A stretch of DNA of 64,000 nucleotides from Minisyncoccota bacterium (GCA_041666305.1 JBAYHD010000001.1:18149-82148), one strand, 5' to 3'. Shown: positions 47,731 through 58,024, counted from the stretch's first letter. Notes: generated by a model not told the origin, from the sequence alone. Program-made: numbers and translations.

Positions 47731-48743
47731 AGCTTGTTGGCCGCTGTAAGGAACAATGCGCCCGGTGTTCCCGCGGGAAGCGTGACACCGGCGGCGGCAT
47801 ACATATCCCCAATGTCGGCGAATGCTTTCCCGAGAGCTTGCGACGCCGGCAGATATTGTTGGAGCGCCAGCATCGCGGTTAGCGGATCGGCATTCACATG
47901 AGCGAAATCATTTATGACTTCACTGATGCGCATGAGCGCATTCACGAGTGCGAGATTTTGTGCCGCAAGCTCGCGCGGCACTGTGAGCGCCGAAAGCCCC
48001 GCAGCGCCGTTCCGATATGCTTTCGCTATCGCGGCGAGGTGCGTAAGTGCTACGGTGTCGTTATTGTCGACCGCGTATTGAAGATACACAAGCTCACTCG
48101 TTGTTGCGGTCGTACTGTTCTTGAGGAAAATCGCCTCGGCATCAACAGCAAATGCTTTGAGCGCCTCCGCTCCTCCGCCTGAGATCGTAAGATCCCGTAG
48201 AGATTTAAAATCCGGTGCGGGAGCGACGGAAGTCGTAAGGGCTTTGAGCGCTTGATTCTCGACGTCCTGTATTTGAGCATCGGTGAGATCGGCGCCGCCA
48301 TTCGCTTGTTTCGCCGCAACGTAGAGCGAGAAGAAATTTTTAGAGAACGCGTCAGTGAGCGAGCCTTCGGTGGGTGCCGCGACCCCGTTCGCCGCGTAGT
48401 CAATGTTGCTACTGGTCGCTCCGGTCGATGTCACTGTCTGAATATCCGCGATCGCCTTCGGTACGATGAGGCCTTTCGCGACCGCTTCGCCGTCGGTCAT
48501 GCCGAGATGAAAAGTGTCCGTCGCGTGAGGGTCGGCGCCGTAGAGCGCCTCTTCCCAATCAGGTAGCCCGTCGCTGTCGGAATCTTTCGACGCGATGGCC
48601 TGAAGAAGCGCGGTCTCGGTAGACGCTTGCGCAAGCGATGGGGATTCGATGCCGCGCGCGAGGATATATGCGCCAACAACCAGTACTGCCGAAAAAAGCG
48701 TTGCAGCTAGAACTCGCCAATGTGGAAGTATCCTTTCCCCCAT
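47727..48743 (-). CDS. secreted protein with DxDxDGxxDxxE calcium-binding-like motif (hypothetical)
   Basis: 338 aa. Signal/anchor, ASKDSDSDGLPDWEEALYGADP. Overlaps the next gene by 4 nt. Confidence 0.4.
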   Translation of the reverse strand: MGERILPHWRVLAATLFSAVLVVGAYILARGIESPSLAQASTETALLQAIASKDSDSDGLPDWEEALYGADPHATDTFHLGMTDGEAVAKGLIVPKAIADIQTVTSTGATSSNIDYAANGVAAPTEGSLTDAFSKNFFSLYVAAKQANGGADLTDAQIQDVENQALKALTTSVAPAPDFKSLRDLTISGGGAEALKAFAVDAEAIFLKNSTTATTSELVYLQYAVDNNDTVALTHLAAIAKAYRNGAAGLSALTVPRELAAQNLALVNALMRISEVINDFAHVNADPLTAMLALQQYLPASQALGKAFADIGDMYAAAGVTLPAGTPGALFLTAANKL

Positions 48744-48843
48744 AGTATCGCTCTAAAGTATAGCAGTCACACCCAGAAAAAGGAGTGGCAGTATCTGTAT
48801 AAAGGTGCATTAGCAATGAATAGGTGCGTGGTACCCTGTATGC

Positions 48844-49857
48844 ATGCGCATCTTGCTTTCTTCTTTTGCGGTCGCGCTTCTCGTGCTCTCATACGGGGCA
48901 CTGGCCAGTGCGCAATCGAGTGTTCAAAACATGTTCACGACGAATCTCTCTCTGGGTTCTAGAGGAACACAGGTACTCCTGCTCCAACAAGTCCTCAATC
49001 GAGACCCGGATACGCGTATTGCAAATTCAGGCGTCGGCTCTCCGGGAAATGAAACAAGTTATTTCGGTTCGCTCACCAAAACAGCCGTCGTGCTGTTCCA
49101 GCAAAAATACGCACAGGATGTTTTGGCGCCCGCCGGACTCTTCCAAGGTAACGGATATGTCGGAGCGTATACGCGGGCAAAACTCAATGCACTTTCTTCA
49201 CCGACAACGAACTCGGTTGGCGCGAGTGCGCAACCTGCGACTACATCAACCCTTCCCTCTCTCCCTTCTTCGCCGTCTTCAGCTTCGACACCTGCCGCTC
49301 AAAATTCGAATTCGCAGAATCTCGACATATTCCTGGCCGCCATCGACAAAGTTGGAACAAAACAAGGACTTTCCGCATCTGAACTCGCGACTATTAAAAA
49401 ACAAATCGTGACAGAAGCCGCAACGACGACCGACCTGCGCGCCGAGTTCATGAAACAAGTAGGATATGCGCCTCGCCGATCAGCCACAAATGATTCGTTT
49501 GGCGGACAGGTGTTAGCGATCATCGAACACGCGTTCAGCAGTGTCTTCCTTCCGGAACATGCGCGCGCGGCTACAGGGGTCCCATTCGGCGGAGCTTTCG
49601 TCTATGCTTCTTATTGCACCTGCAGCCTCACGTGGATCCTTGGTATCACGCCTCTTCCTCCCACATTTGCCGTTCTTCTTACCTATGTTCCTTTTTCGCA
49701 GGCGTTCCTTTCTTACAATATCCCCGCTACTAAATGGCTCCTCGGTAACTACATACCCGGAGCGGGCGCATGTTCATATGTCATACCTTCCGGTTGCACA
49801 CCGCCAATACCGAATGAAGGAATGATTACGCCAGTGGTCGGTTCCTCTCCGTTGTAA
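48844..49857 (+). CDS. peptidoglycan-binding (PG_binding_1) domain protein with hydrophobic Cys-containing C-terminal domain
   Basis: Signal peptide. LSLGSRGTQVLLLQQVLN...GSPGNETSYFGSLTKTAVVLFQQKYA (PGBD-like). C-terminal AFVYASYCTCSLTWILGITPLPP. Confidence 0.5.
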   Translation: MRILLSSFAVALLVLSYGALASAQSSVQNMFTTNLSLGSRGTQVLLLQQVLNRDPDTRIANSGVGSPGNETSYFGSLTKTAVVLFQQKYAQDVLAPAGLFQGNGYVGAYTRAKLNALSSPTTNSVGASAQPATTSTLPSLPSSPSSASTPAAQNSNSQNLDIFLAAIDKVGTKQGLSASELATIKKQIVTEAATTTDLRAEFMKQVGYAPRRSATNDSFGGQVLAIIEHAFSSVFLPEHARAATGVPFGGAFVYASYCTCSLTWILGITPLPPTFAVLLTYVPFSQAFLSYNIPATKWLLGNYIPGAGACSYVIPSGCTPPIPNEGMITPVVGSSPL

Positions 49858-50590
49858 TTTCGAGCCACGTTGAGAGCGAAAGGTCTTCCGCTCTCGCTTT
49901 TTCCGGAATATCACCGCTTGGAAGCTTCGCTTCCAAGAGATTTTTCCGGACGAATTTACGCTTATGCGCAAATCCGGCATGAATGAGTTCAAAAAATAGT
50001 TTTTCCTCTTTTTTCGTTGCAAAATTCTTCCGAGAAATATCGCGGATAGTGAGCACAGCGGAATCCACATTCGGTGCGGGATTGAATGCCCCGCGCGGTA
50101 CATTGAATTCGCGTTTCGGCGTGCCGTACGCCTTCACTGAAAGCGAGAGGATGCTTTCCTTATCCCGAGCAACAACGCGTTCGGCCACTTCTTTCTGCAC
50201 GAGAAGCGTCATCGCACTCGGCTGATTATCCGCCGTAAGAAACATTTTGAAAATTTCGCCGGTCAGGTAGTACGGAATATTCGCAACGAGCGCGTATCCC
50301 TTCGGAAGCGATGCGATATTGAATGAGCGAATGTCGCCGTGCACGAGCTTAAGATGTCCCGACAAAATCTCATCCGCAAAATCGTTTTGCAGTTTCTCAA
50401 ATAATTCCGCATCGGCTTCAATGGCGATGACTTTCTTCGCGAGTTTCAATAACTCTCGTGTGAGCATTCCCGTTCCAGGGCCTATCTCAAACACCACAGA
50501 CCTCGGCGTAAGCCCTGCGACAAGCGCGATGCGCTCCGCGATGCGCGCGTGCATGAGGAAGTTCTGTCCGAGGGATTTTTTTGCCTGCAT
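49826..50590 (-). CDS. rsmA: 16S rRNA (adenine1518/1519-N6)-dimethyltransferase RsmA/KsgA
   Basis: 254 aa. KKSLGQNFLMHARIAERI...VFEIGPGTGMLT... Confidence 0.9.
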   Translation of the reverse strand: MQAKKSLGQNFLMHARIAERIALVAGLTPRSVVFEIGPGTGMLTRELLKLAKKVIAIEADAELFEKLQNDFADEILSGHLKLVHGDIRSFNIASLPKGYALVANIPYYLTGEIFKMFLTADNQPSAMTLLVQKEVAERVVARDKESILSLSVKAYGTPKREFNVPRGAFNPAPNVDSAVLTIRDISRKNFATKKEEKLFFELIHAGFAHKRKFVRKNLLEAKLPSGDIPEKARAEDLSLSTWLEITTERNRPLA

Positions 50591-50616
50591 ACGTATAGGT
50601 GTACAATACTCGGTAT

Positions 50617-51069
50617 ATGACTGACCGTAAAATCACTGAAGGTGCTTTTAATAAAGGGCCGCTCCGCAAAATATTAAATAAGCAGGAGTACAATGCTCAC
50701 CTCACCGCCGCAGGTAAGGAACGTGTTGAAGCTGCGATCAAGGCAGGCGTCCAAGCTGAAGCGAAGAAATTCCATCTACAATACGGTGTCGCCGGTACCC
50801 ATGCTGATGCCATTGCAAAATTCTCAACGTCAAAAAAATACGGGCAAGAAGATCGACGTGCCTTAATGCGAAAACCGAAAGAACAGGAGGTTATTAAGGA
50901 TTCTCTCGACATATTCTTCAAACGAAAGCCGGCTGCGCCCGTGATCGAGGAAAAAGTTGAGGCGCCGGCACCAAGAGTTGAACTTAAATCATTTGAGATC
51001 AAACCATCAAACCCGATGCCCGATGCGGCGAATGACGCTCATGACGGGGAACACGAAAAAGCGGCTTAA
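50617..51069 (+). CDS. hypothetical protein
   Basis: ATG 50617 (ORF track uses GTG 50599). Lys/Ala-rich, no motif recognised. Confidence 0.35.
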   Translation: MTDRKITEGAFNKGPLRKILNKQEYNAHLTAAGKERVEAAIKAGVQAEAKKFHLQYGVAGTHADAIAKFSTSKKYGQEDRRALMRKPKEQEVIKDSLDIFFKRKPAAPVIEEKVEAPAPRVELKSFEIKPSNPMPDAANDAHDGEHEKAA

Positions 51070-52994
51070 GCTTCAATAACAAATTCACCATCGGTCTCGT
51101 CGTAGAGCATTAGTGAGCCGTCGATATCGGCGAGAAATGACGATGGCTCCGATGCGAAATCGTTGCCGTATATCTTACGGACGCGCGCGAGCGTGAGAAA
51201 AAGCCGATTTTTTGCGCGCGTCATCGCCACATAAAAAAGACGTCGTTCTTCTTCCTCGTCGCGGTCGGTCTCATTCCCCATGCCCTGGTGCGGGAATAGT
51301 CCTTCTTCCATGCCGGTCACAAAAACCGTATCGAATTCAAGACCCTTTGCCGCGTGCACGGTCATGAGCGTCACTCCTCGCTTTTCTCCTTGATCCATCT
51401 CGTCCTGGTCGCTCGCAAGCGCCGCCTCGGCGAGGAATGTCGCAATGCCCTCCTTCCCCGGCATGGCATCATGCCGCGCGGCAACTGACGCAAGCTCTTC
51501 CACATTTTCAAATCGTTCGCGGTCCTCCGCACTTCCTTCGTCGAAAAGCGCGCGACGCATGCCACTCTTCTCGACGACGAGTCGCACGAACTCCGAAGGC
51601 ATGAGTGCTTCTGCTGCGCGCGAAAGTTCATCGATAATCGCTTCAAATGCTTCCACTTTCACGAGTTCACCGGCGCGAAGCGCGGCGCGTTGCCCTGCGG
51701 CGAGTTTGCCGAGCGTCACTTTTCCGATGCCGCGCGACGGATTTGCCGCCGCGCGGAGCTTATCCACCTCGCGCGAAGAGTCCATCGCGAGACGCATCCA
51801 CGCGAGAGCGTCCTTCACTTCTTTCCGCGCAAAGAATTTCGTACCGATGAGTTTGTACGGCACGCCCGCACGGAGGAGCCCTTCTTCAAGCGCACGTGAT
51901 TGGAAATTGGTGCGGAAAAGTATTGCGACTTCTTCCGGCTTTTCTCCATTCCTCATTAATTCGCGTATTTTGAGCGCCACCCAGCGCGCTTCGTCCTCCG
52001 CACTCCGCGCCATGTGCACGACGATAGGAGCGCCGGCTAGTTTTTCGGTCGTAGAATATTTTTCTTTACGATTTTTATTTTTCTCAATGACGGCATTTGC
52101 GGCGTCCACCAGATTTTTCGTCGCCCGATAGTTCTGAGAAAGGATGATCGTCTGCGCCTCCGGATACGTTTTGTCGAATTCGAGCAGATTCTCTATCGTC
52201 GCCCCGCGCCACGTATAAATAGTCTGATCGATGTCGCCGACGACGAAGAGATTCCGATGTTTTGCGGCAAGCATATTCGCAAGGCGCCCCTGAAGTGCGT
52301 TGGTGTCCTGATATTCGTCGATGTGAATGTACTTCCAGCGGTCTTGCGCGAGCGCGCGGACGTCTTCGTGCTCTTCCAGGAGCTTCACCGGGAGCGCAAT
52401 GAGGTCGTCGAAATCCAAAGACTTCTCTTCTTTCAATGTTTTTTCATAGCGGAGCCATGCTTCGGCGGCAATGCGGTTGCCGAAACCGGACCGGCCGTGC
52501 TTTTCATAAAATTCATGCGCTTGCATGCCTTCCCCTTTCGCTCGTGAGATGCGACCGAGGATTGCGCGCGGGGAAAACTCCTTTGCGCCGACATCGAGCG
52601 CCTTCAGTGCCGCGCCAATCGCTTTTTCGGAGTCGTCGCGGTCATACACACTGAAGAAACGCTGAATGCCGATCGCCTTCCCGTAGCTTTCAAGCAGTTC
52701 TCGACCGAGTCCGTGGAATGTGGCGATGAACGGGAGCCCCGAGGGGGCCCCTTCGGGGCGGCCGTCCTCGCCCAGCTGCCTCCGCACCCGCTCGCGCATC
52801 TCGCGGGCAGCTTTATTGGTGAAGGTGACGGCGAGTATCTCGCCCGCGGGCACGCCCGAGCGGACCAAATGAGAGATGCGCGTCGTGAGGACACGCGTTT
52901 TCCCGCTTCCGGCACCGGCCAAAACTGAAATCGGGCCGTCGGTAGCGAGCACCGCCTTTTTTTGGGCGTCATTCAATCCTTCGAGGTATTTCAC
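51066..52994 (-). CDS. UvrD/PcrA/Rep-family ATP-dependent DNA helicase
   Basis: 642 aa. AGAGSGKTRVLTTRISHLV (motif I)...GTKFFARKEVKDALAWMRLA...VHAAKGLEFDTVFV (motif VI). Carries a GC-palindrome insertion at 52737..52758 (GRPEGAPSGLP). Confidence 0.9.
   Translation of the reverse strand: MKYLEGLNDAQKKAVLATDGPISVLAGAGSGKTRVLTTRISHLVRSGVPAGEILAVTFTNKAAREMRERVRRQLGEDGRPEGAPSGLPFIATFHGLGRELLESYGKAIGIQRFFSVYDRDDSEKAIGAALKALDVGAKEFSPRAILGRISRAKGEGMQAHEFYEKHGRSGFGNRIAAEAWLRYEKTLKEEKSLDFDDLIALPVKLLEEHEDVRALAQDRWKYIHIDEYQDTNALQGRLANMLAAKHRNLFVVGDIDQTIYTWRGATIENLLEFDKTYPEAQTIILSQNYRATKNLVDAANAVIEKNKNRKEKYSTTEKLAGAPIVVHMARSAEDEARWVALKIRELMRNGEKPEEVAILFRTNFQSRALEEGLLRAGVPYKLIGTKFFARKEVKDALAWMRLAMDSSREVDKLRAAANPSRGIGKVTLGKLAAGQRAALRAGELVKVEAFEAIIDELSRAAEALMPSEFVRLVVEKSGMRRALFDEGSAEDRERFENVEELASVAARHDAMPGKEGIATFLAEAALASDQDEMDQGEKRGVTLMTVHAAKGLEFDTVFVTGMEEGLFPHQGMGNETDRDEEEERRLFYVAMTRAKNRLFLTLARVRKIYGNDFASEPSSFLADIDGSLMLYDETDGEFVIEA
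52737..52758. repeat. GC-rich palindromic element copy (CCCCGAGGGGGCCCCTTCGGGG) embedded in-frame in the helicase gene
   Basis: Same motif as 53079..53102 and 60880..60901. Confidence 0.7.
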
Positions 52995-53078
52995 TTACGA
53001 AATATACCCCATAAGATAACATTTATCCTAAACACAACATCAAGGGAGTACTTTATCTCACGGGGTATACCTTAAAAC

Positions 53079-53102
53079 GCCCCGAAGGGGCCCCTTCGGG
53101 GC
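53079..53102. repeat. perfect 24-bp GC palindrome GCCCCGAAGGGGCCCCTTCGGGGC (intergenic copy)
   Basis: Read directly. Reverse complement is identical. Confidence 0.85.
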
Positions 53103-53206
53103 TCTCCACAGGTCACTTTTGGGGTGATTGACTCCCAAATCTGGGGGGCTATACTCCCAATATCGACTGATACGGATGAAATCAAGGAATGGCTTATATA
53201 CGGCGT

Positions 53207-54301
53207 ATGTAAGCCATTCTTGTATTAAGAAAGACCAACCGAACCCCCAAGTTTCCCATTAAATCCAACCAACAATTTCTCATACTCGGGCTCGTGGCTG
53301 TTCTGTCTGCCACGGCGCTCCTGCCGGACCACGCAAGTGCGTTCTGGCCTTTTTCTACAAATGCAGACGCCGCAACATCGGCTCTCATACCGAGCTCCTC
53401 GACGCCGACCCTTCGCGCCCCGCTCAACAGCAATCCGAACTCATCTGCGCCGATAGCGCTCGCCACCTCCGGCGGTTCAGCGCTCGTCTCATATAACGGA
53501 CCGGACGGTACCGTGGCGGACGTCGCCGGTTCGGTCCAAACTGACCGAATCTCGGTGTATGTGGTGCGTAACGGCGATACCCTTTCCGAGATTTCTGATA
53601 TGTTCGGCGTTTCAATAAATACCATCTTGTGGGCAAACAACTTGAAGAGTTCCCGTGATGTCCACCCAGGTGATATGCTCGTTATTCTTCCTATTTCAGG
53701 AGTTGAGCGCACGGTTATAAAGGGCGATACGCTCAAATCTCTGGCAAAGAAATACTCTGCAGATGCGGAAGAAATTGCGCAGTACAATGGTCTCGATCTG
53801 GAAGCGCCACTCGCAATCGGCACCACAATCATTATCCCGGGCGGAGAAATAGCTGCGCCTGCGCCGCGTCCGCAATCCTCCCCCGCCATCGTGAACAGCG
53901 GAGGTGGAACATTTATAGCCGGTTATTTCAGTAATCCAGTGCCCGGTGCCAGAGTCACACAAGGCATTCATGGCAAGAACGGCATTGACCTCGGCGGAGC
54001 GCGCGGCACGCCAGTACACGCCGCGGCGGACGGTATGATCATCATCGCGCGCGGCGGCGGCGCATGGAACGGAGGCTATGGCAATTATATCGTCATTACG
54101 CACAACAACGGTACTCAAACTCTCTATTCCCACTTGAAATCCGTGATTGTTTCCTCCGGACAACAAGTCTCTTCCGGACAAGTTATCGGGTACATGGGCT
54201 CAACCGGCAAGGTCACGGGCGTCCATCTCCACTTTGAAGTTCGCGGTGCGGCAAATCCTTTTCGTAATTGCTCGGTCGGTTCGGTTTGTTCTCCTCAATA
54301 A
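53207..54301 (+). CDS. secreted LysM (x2) plus M23-family peptidase (peptidoglycan endopeptidase)
   Basis: Upstream in-frame ATG 53207 adds a signal peptide (MLSHSVLRKTNRTPKFPIKSNQQFLILGLVAVLSATALLPDHASA). LysM: YVVRNGDTLSEISDMFGVSINTILWAN, VIKGDTLKSLAKKYSADAEEIAQYN. M23: GIDLGGARGTPVHAAADGMII...YGNYIVITHNNGTQTLYSHL...GSTGKVTGVHLHFEV. Confidence 0.85.
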
Positions 54302-54310
54302 CTTCTCATA

Positions 54311-54700
54311 TTATTTAAGAGAGGGTTTCTTGTTCGCCAAGATTAACTTCTTGAGTCGAGCGTCCATGTCGCTGTGCAGGCTCAAGTGGCGAGGGAACAG
54401 GCCGTCATTTTCTATATCGTCGCTGTCACCGGGCAACACGTATACCATTCCGCTTTGCGGATTTTTGCCAAGAACTATTTTCATTCCGTGCAACTGTAGT
54501 CTCGCGACGCGTGCGTCAATTGGTGTCGTTGTATCTGGATAGTCCGGGTCCACTTCCTCTTCTCCCTTTTTCATCGTTTGGTAAGCTCCCTCATCGATGC
54601 CGAAAAATGGAAGTGCTTCGACTTGCTCACTCAACTCAACTGCAAGTCGTAGATATTCCGACTTCGTCATCCCCTCCTGATTTGGAATTCCTTCTGACAT
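54311..54700 (-). CDS. acidic hypothetical protein, downstream neighbour of the TIR-like gene
   Basis: 129 aa, no motif. 162-nt gap to the TIR-like gene on the same strand. Confidence 0.4.
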   Translation of the reverse strand: MSEGIPNQEGMTKSEYLRLAVELSEQVEALPFFGIDEGAYQTMKKGEEEVDPDYPDTTTPIDARVARLQLHGMKIVLGKNPQSGMVYVLPGDSDDIENDGLFPRHLSLHSDMDARLKKLILANKKPSLK

Positions 54701-54862
54701 ATGGCGACTATAGCACTCTGCTACTTCTCCTCAATGCATCAGTATCTTTTGCAGAACATCCCTCAGGATGGTTGGTATGCAAAAACAAAGAAATATCCTT
54801 ATATTTATTACTTTCTGCGACTAAAAGCGACTCACTGTTATCAAAATACGTTTCTGCATATC

Positions 54863-56275
54863 CTACTGAATAATTGCCCCTCCGCCCTCACTTCCTATTT
54901 TTTGGACTTCTATATCCGTGAAGGGTGCATGTCTGTCGTACATAAGACTTTTAGAGGAAGGGGTGAGTCGTTTTTTTAGTTCATCTATATCAGAAATGCC
55001 GAGGACATGACACATGCGCATCGCGTAAGGATAGTCTTTTGCCTCATAAATAAAAGTTGGGGTATGGTCGAGGAACAATACACTTCGCGGATACCAGTCT
55101 CCACCATACTGCCCCCTCTCCCCTGGTCCGTATAGATGTAGGAAAAAATCAATATCGAGGAAGTCCCTGAATGGAAGTTCTCTTGAAAGTGGACCAACTT
55201 CATGTCTACCTCTCAGCAAGTCGGCATGCAGAGATTTCCGCTGTTTCTTCGGACTCTCATCTGCAAGGAGTGGGAGATGTTCGGAGAGTTCGGTCCAGCT
55301 TTGCTTAGAGGGTTCGTGCCGATTTCTAGACGGTCCTATTATTAAGGTTCCCTTCAGAAGTTCTTGTAGTGCATCCCACTTCTCCTCCTTGAAGAACGGC
55401 GCAATAAACGTAGTAAACATTTCGTGCCCAACAAACTTGTAGAAATCCCCATCGGCGTTCGTTCCTCGACCTTGCTCATTATGCGGAGGATTATATCGTT
55501 GTAGCAATTTACCGAACCACTGAAATATCTCCCTTGCCGATTCCATATCGTTCATTACAGCAACTGTTTCAGTGAGTCTTCCGAAGTCGGCTACGATATC
55601 GGCTGTTTTGGAGATTGCCGTCATTAGCTCCTCAGCACTCCCGCCATCAACTGCTTTTCGGGGCTCCAGTGTTTCAAGTTCGGTCAGTACCCCAGTAAGA
55701 TGTTTCCTCAAGTGGATAATCTTAGCCGCTGGATTTTGTTCAATAATGTCGGTTATGGAGATGCGAGGTGTAGAGGGTTTTATTCCAGCGAAGCCGTCTA
55801 GCAGAGCTGCCTTTAAATCCTTTGTTAGGGAGGATTTTATAGTTGATTTATCCATTTCTACTTCCTTTGCTGTGTAGGTCAGGATACGCCGCATCTTCAA
55901 ATCAAATGGGAGATCCGTTAGTTTTCCGTATGCTTCGTTGAAAATGAGTACCAGACCCTCATGCCCTTTTGCTTTAAGCGCGTACCCAAGCTCAATGAGT
56001 ACATTCGGATTGGGAAATGCGCGTTTCTTTGTATTCGCGACGAATGAGATGTCCGCCACAAACAAGTCTGCACTGGCAATCTTTCCGAAAATTGTTGTGG
56101 CGATATCAGGTGCGCCAGCTGCCCCTTTCGTATCTCGATCAATGACAGGTTCAATGTCAATATTCTCGTCGCTCGCTATTGCTTTGGCTGCGTCCTGCAA
56201 AGCCGTCTCTATGAGAGTACGGTTAGTTGAGTTCGGGAGGTCGGACTGCCACGAGTAAAAAACTGTTCTTTTCAT
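54863..56275 (-). CDS. TIR-like (DUF1863/ThsB-like) N-terminal domain protein with ~320-aa uncharacterised C-terminal domain; candidate defence/NAD-processing effector
   Basis: 470 aa. N-terminal MKRTVFYSWQSDLPNS...IFGKIASADLFVADISFVANTKKRAFPNPNVLIELGYALKAKGHEGLVLIFN matches the TIR-like pattern (F-S-x-x-x-D near the N-terminus, hydrophobic-D-hydrophobic-S core strand, ELGYAL Glu helix). No recognisable motif in the C-terminal domain. Confidence 0.5.
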   Translation of the reverse strand: MKRTVFYSWQSDLPNSTNRTLIETALQDAAKAIASDENIDIEPVIDRDTKGAAGAPDIATTIFGKIASADLFVADISFVANTKKRAFPNPNVLIELGYALKAKGHEGLVLIFNEAYGKLTDLPFDLKMRRILTYTAKEVEMDKSTIKSSLTKDLKAALLDGFAGIKPSTPRISITDIIEQNPAAKIIHLRKHLTGVLTELETLEPRKAVDGGSAEELMTAISKTADIVADFGRLTETVAVMNDMESAREIFQWFGKLLQRYNPPHNEQGRGTNADGDFYKFVGHEMFTTFIAPFFKEEKWDALQELLKGTLIIGPSRNRHEPSKQSWTELSEHLPLLADESPKKQRKSLHADLLRGRHEVGPLSRELPFRDFLDIDFFLHLYGPGERGQYGGDWYPRSVLFLDHTPTFIYEAKDYPYAMRMCHVLGISDIDELKKRLTPSSKSLMYDRHAPFTDIEVQKIGSEGGGAIIQ

Positions 56276-56458
56276 ATATGGGTATTCTGCACGAGATTAA
56301 GATTTTATGCACTAAGGGGCATTTATATCAGTAGCGACTGAATTATATACTCACACTAATGCTTTCGGTAGATACATCCCTGGATTCGCTTTCATAATAG
56401 ACGCCCTACGGTCTTTCTCTGAAACAGGGTGGGTGAGCAAGGGCTACCCTTGCTCAGA

Positions 56459-58021
56459 TTATTCAAATCCGAAGAGGCCGCGGGGGCGGTATTGGAGGGC
56501 TTCGTGGACAAATGCGGGCGTGACGGCTTCAGTGCCGGCAAGGTCGGCGATGGTGCGTGCGACGCGCATCGTGCGGTGATAACTGCGCGGCGAGAGATTG
56601 AGGCGCGCGGCAGATCGGGTGAGTGTTTCTTTTGCTTCGGGCGTGAATCCGCTTTTTTCATCCAACTCGCGGCCGGTGAGCGCGGCGTTTGTCGCGTTTT
56701 TCTTGCCGGTGCGCTTCGTGGCGCGCGCACGCGCGGCAACCACGCGCTCGCGCACTCTTTCTGACGGTTCGCCGCTAGAAAGTTTCGCAAGCGTGCTATG
56801 CGGCACAAGCGGTACTTCTATCCAAAGATCAAGGCGGTCCACAATGGGCCGAGAGATCCTGCGTGCTTGCTTCTGTGCCGCGCGTATCGCCACGCGCGAA
56901 TCATCAGAAAGCGTGTCGGCAGGATTCATTGCGGCAACTATCATGCAATCGGCCGGAAAAGTAACACTCGCGCGTGCGCGCGAGACGGTGACCACGCGAT
57001 CTTCAAGCGGTTGGCGTAACGCCTCCAGTGTTCTTGAATCGAATTCCGGAAATTCGTCCAGAAACAAAACGCCTTTGTGCGCGAGCGTCACTTCTCCCGC
57101 TTTCGGAAACGCTCCGCCGCCCACCATCGCGACATGCGAGAGAGAATGGTGAGGCGAACGAAAGGGCGGCCAGTACACCGCCTCACCTTCGGAGAGCAAT
57201 CCGGCCGTTGAATGTATCGCCGTCACTTCGAGCATATCGTCGTCGGTGAGTGGAGGCAGAATGCCGGCAAGCGCACGGGCGAGCATTGTTTTCCCGGTGC
57301 CGGGAGGTCCATAAAAAACGATATTATGCCTCCCCGCGGCGGCTATCTCCAAGGCGCGCTTCGCACTTTCCTGCCCTTTTACGTCAGAGAGGTCGAGCGC
57401 CGGCGGAGGTGTCGGCGCGCGCCTGTCGCGCACTTGTATAGGCAACGGTTTCTCTCCTTTCAAATGTTGTAAAAGTTCCGTAAGCGATGTTGGTGCATAC
57501 ACGGCGACGCCATCGGCGAGAAGCGCTTCGCGCGCATTTCCCTGTGGTACGAAAATCGTCTTTACTCCGCGGCGTTTCGCCGCAAGCACTTGCGGAAGCA
57601 CTCCTCGCACTGCACGAAGTGTCCCATCGAGCGCAAGTTCTCCCGCAAAAAGCATTTCTTCGGTGAGTTCGGCAAGCTCTTCCGCAGCGATGAGATACGC
57701 GAGCGCAAGTGCGAGGTCGTAATGCGAGCCTTCTTTTTTCAGATCCGCAGGCGAAAGCGAAAGCACAATGAGCTTGTTCTGCTTCTTTGGCGACTTGATG
57801 CCGGAATGTCGAATTGCCGCACTCAAGCGATCTCGAGCCTCTTCAACTGCTTTATCCGCAAGACCAACAATGGAAAATGCATGGAGCCCACGTGTAATGT
57901 CTGCCTCAACGCTTACCATTTCCGCGGCAGAGCCGACCGGTTGTGCGGCAAATGTTTTCGCGTAGCCCTTTTTTTGTGCGACGCGTTTGGGAGAAGCAGG
58001 TTTTAAGCGTGCCACTGCCAT
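56459..58021 (-). CDS. comM: YifB/ComM-family Mg-chelatase-like AAA+ ATPase
   Basis: 520 aa. Lon-like N-domain, Walker [16 protein letters not shown], ...Mg-chelatase C-terminal domain. Start may be slightly different (alignment suggests the N-terminus begins near KTFAAQPV). Confidence 0.88.
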   Translation of the reverse strand: MAVARLKPASPKRVAQKKGYAKTFAAQPVGSAAEMVSVEADITRGLHAFSIVGLADKAVEEARDRLSAAIRHSGIKSPKKQNKLIVLSLSPADLKKEGSHYDLALALAYLIAAEELAELTEEMLFAGELALDGTLRAVRGVLPQVLAAKRRGVKTIFVPQGNAREALLADGVAVYAPTSLTELLQHLKGEKPLPIQVRDRRAPTPPPALDLSDVKGQESAKRALEIAAAGRHNIVFYGPPGTGKTMLARALAGILPPLTDDDMLEVTAIHSTAGLLSEGEAVYWPPFRSPHHSLSHVAMVGGGAFPKAGEVTLAHKGVLFLDEFPEFDSRTLEALRQPLEDRVVTVSRARASVTFPADCMIVAAMNPADTLSDDSRVAIRAAQKQARRISRPIVDRLDLWIEVPLVPHSTLAKLSSGEPSERVRERVVAARARATKRTGKKNATNAALTGRELDEKSGFTPEAKETLTRSAARLNLSPRSYHRTMRVARTIADLAGTEAVTPAFVHEALQYRPRGLFGFE

Positions 58022-58024
58022 GAA

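Noticed and set aside
53000-53206. Possible small ncRNA or tRNA in the helicase to M23-peptidase intergenic region (several inverted repeats: tataccccat / acggggtata, GC palindrome)
   Set aside because: No tRNA cloverleaf (no T-loop GTTCRANNC, no acceptor or anticodon arrangement) could be drawn. The structure is better explained by the GC palindrome repeat plus promoter and signal-peptide-encoding DNA of the M23 gene.
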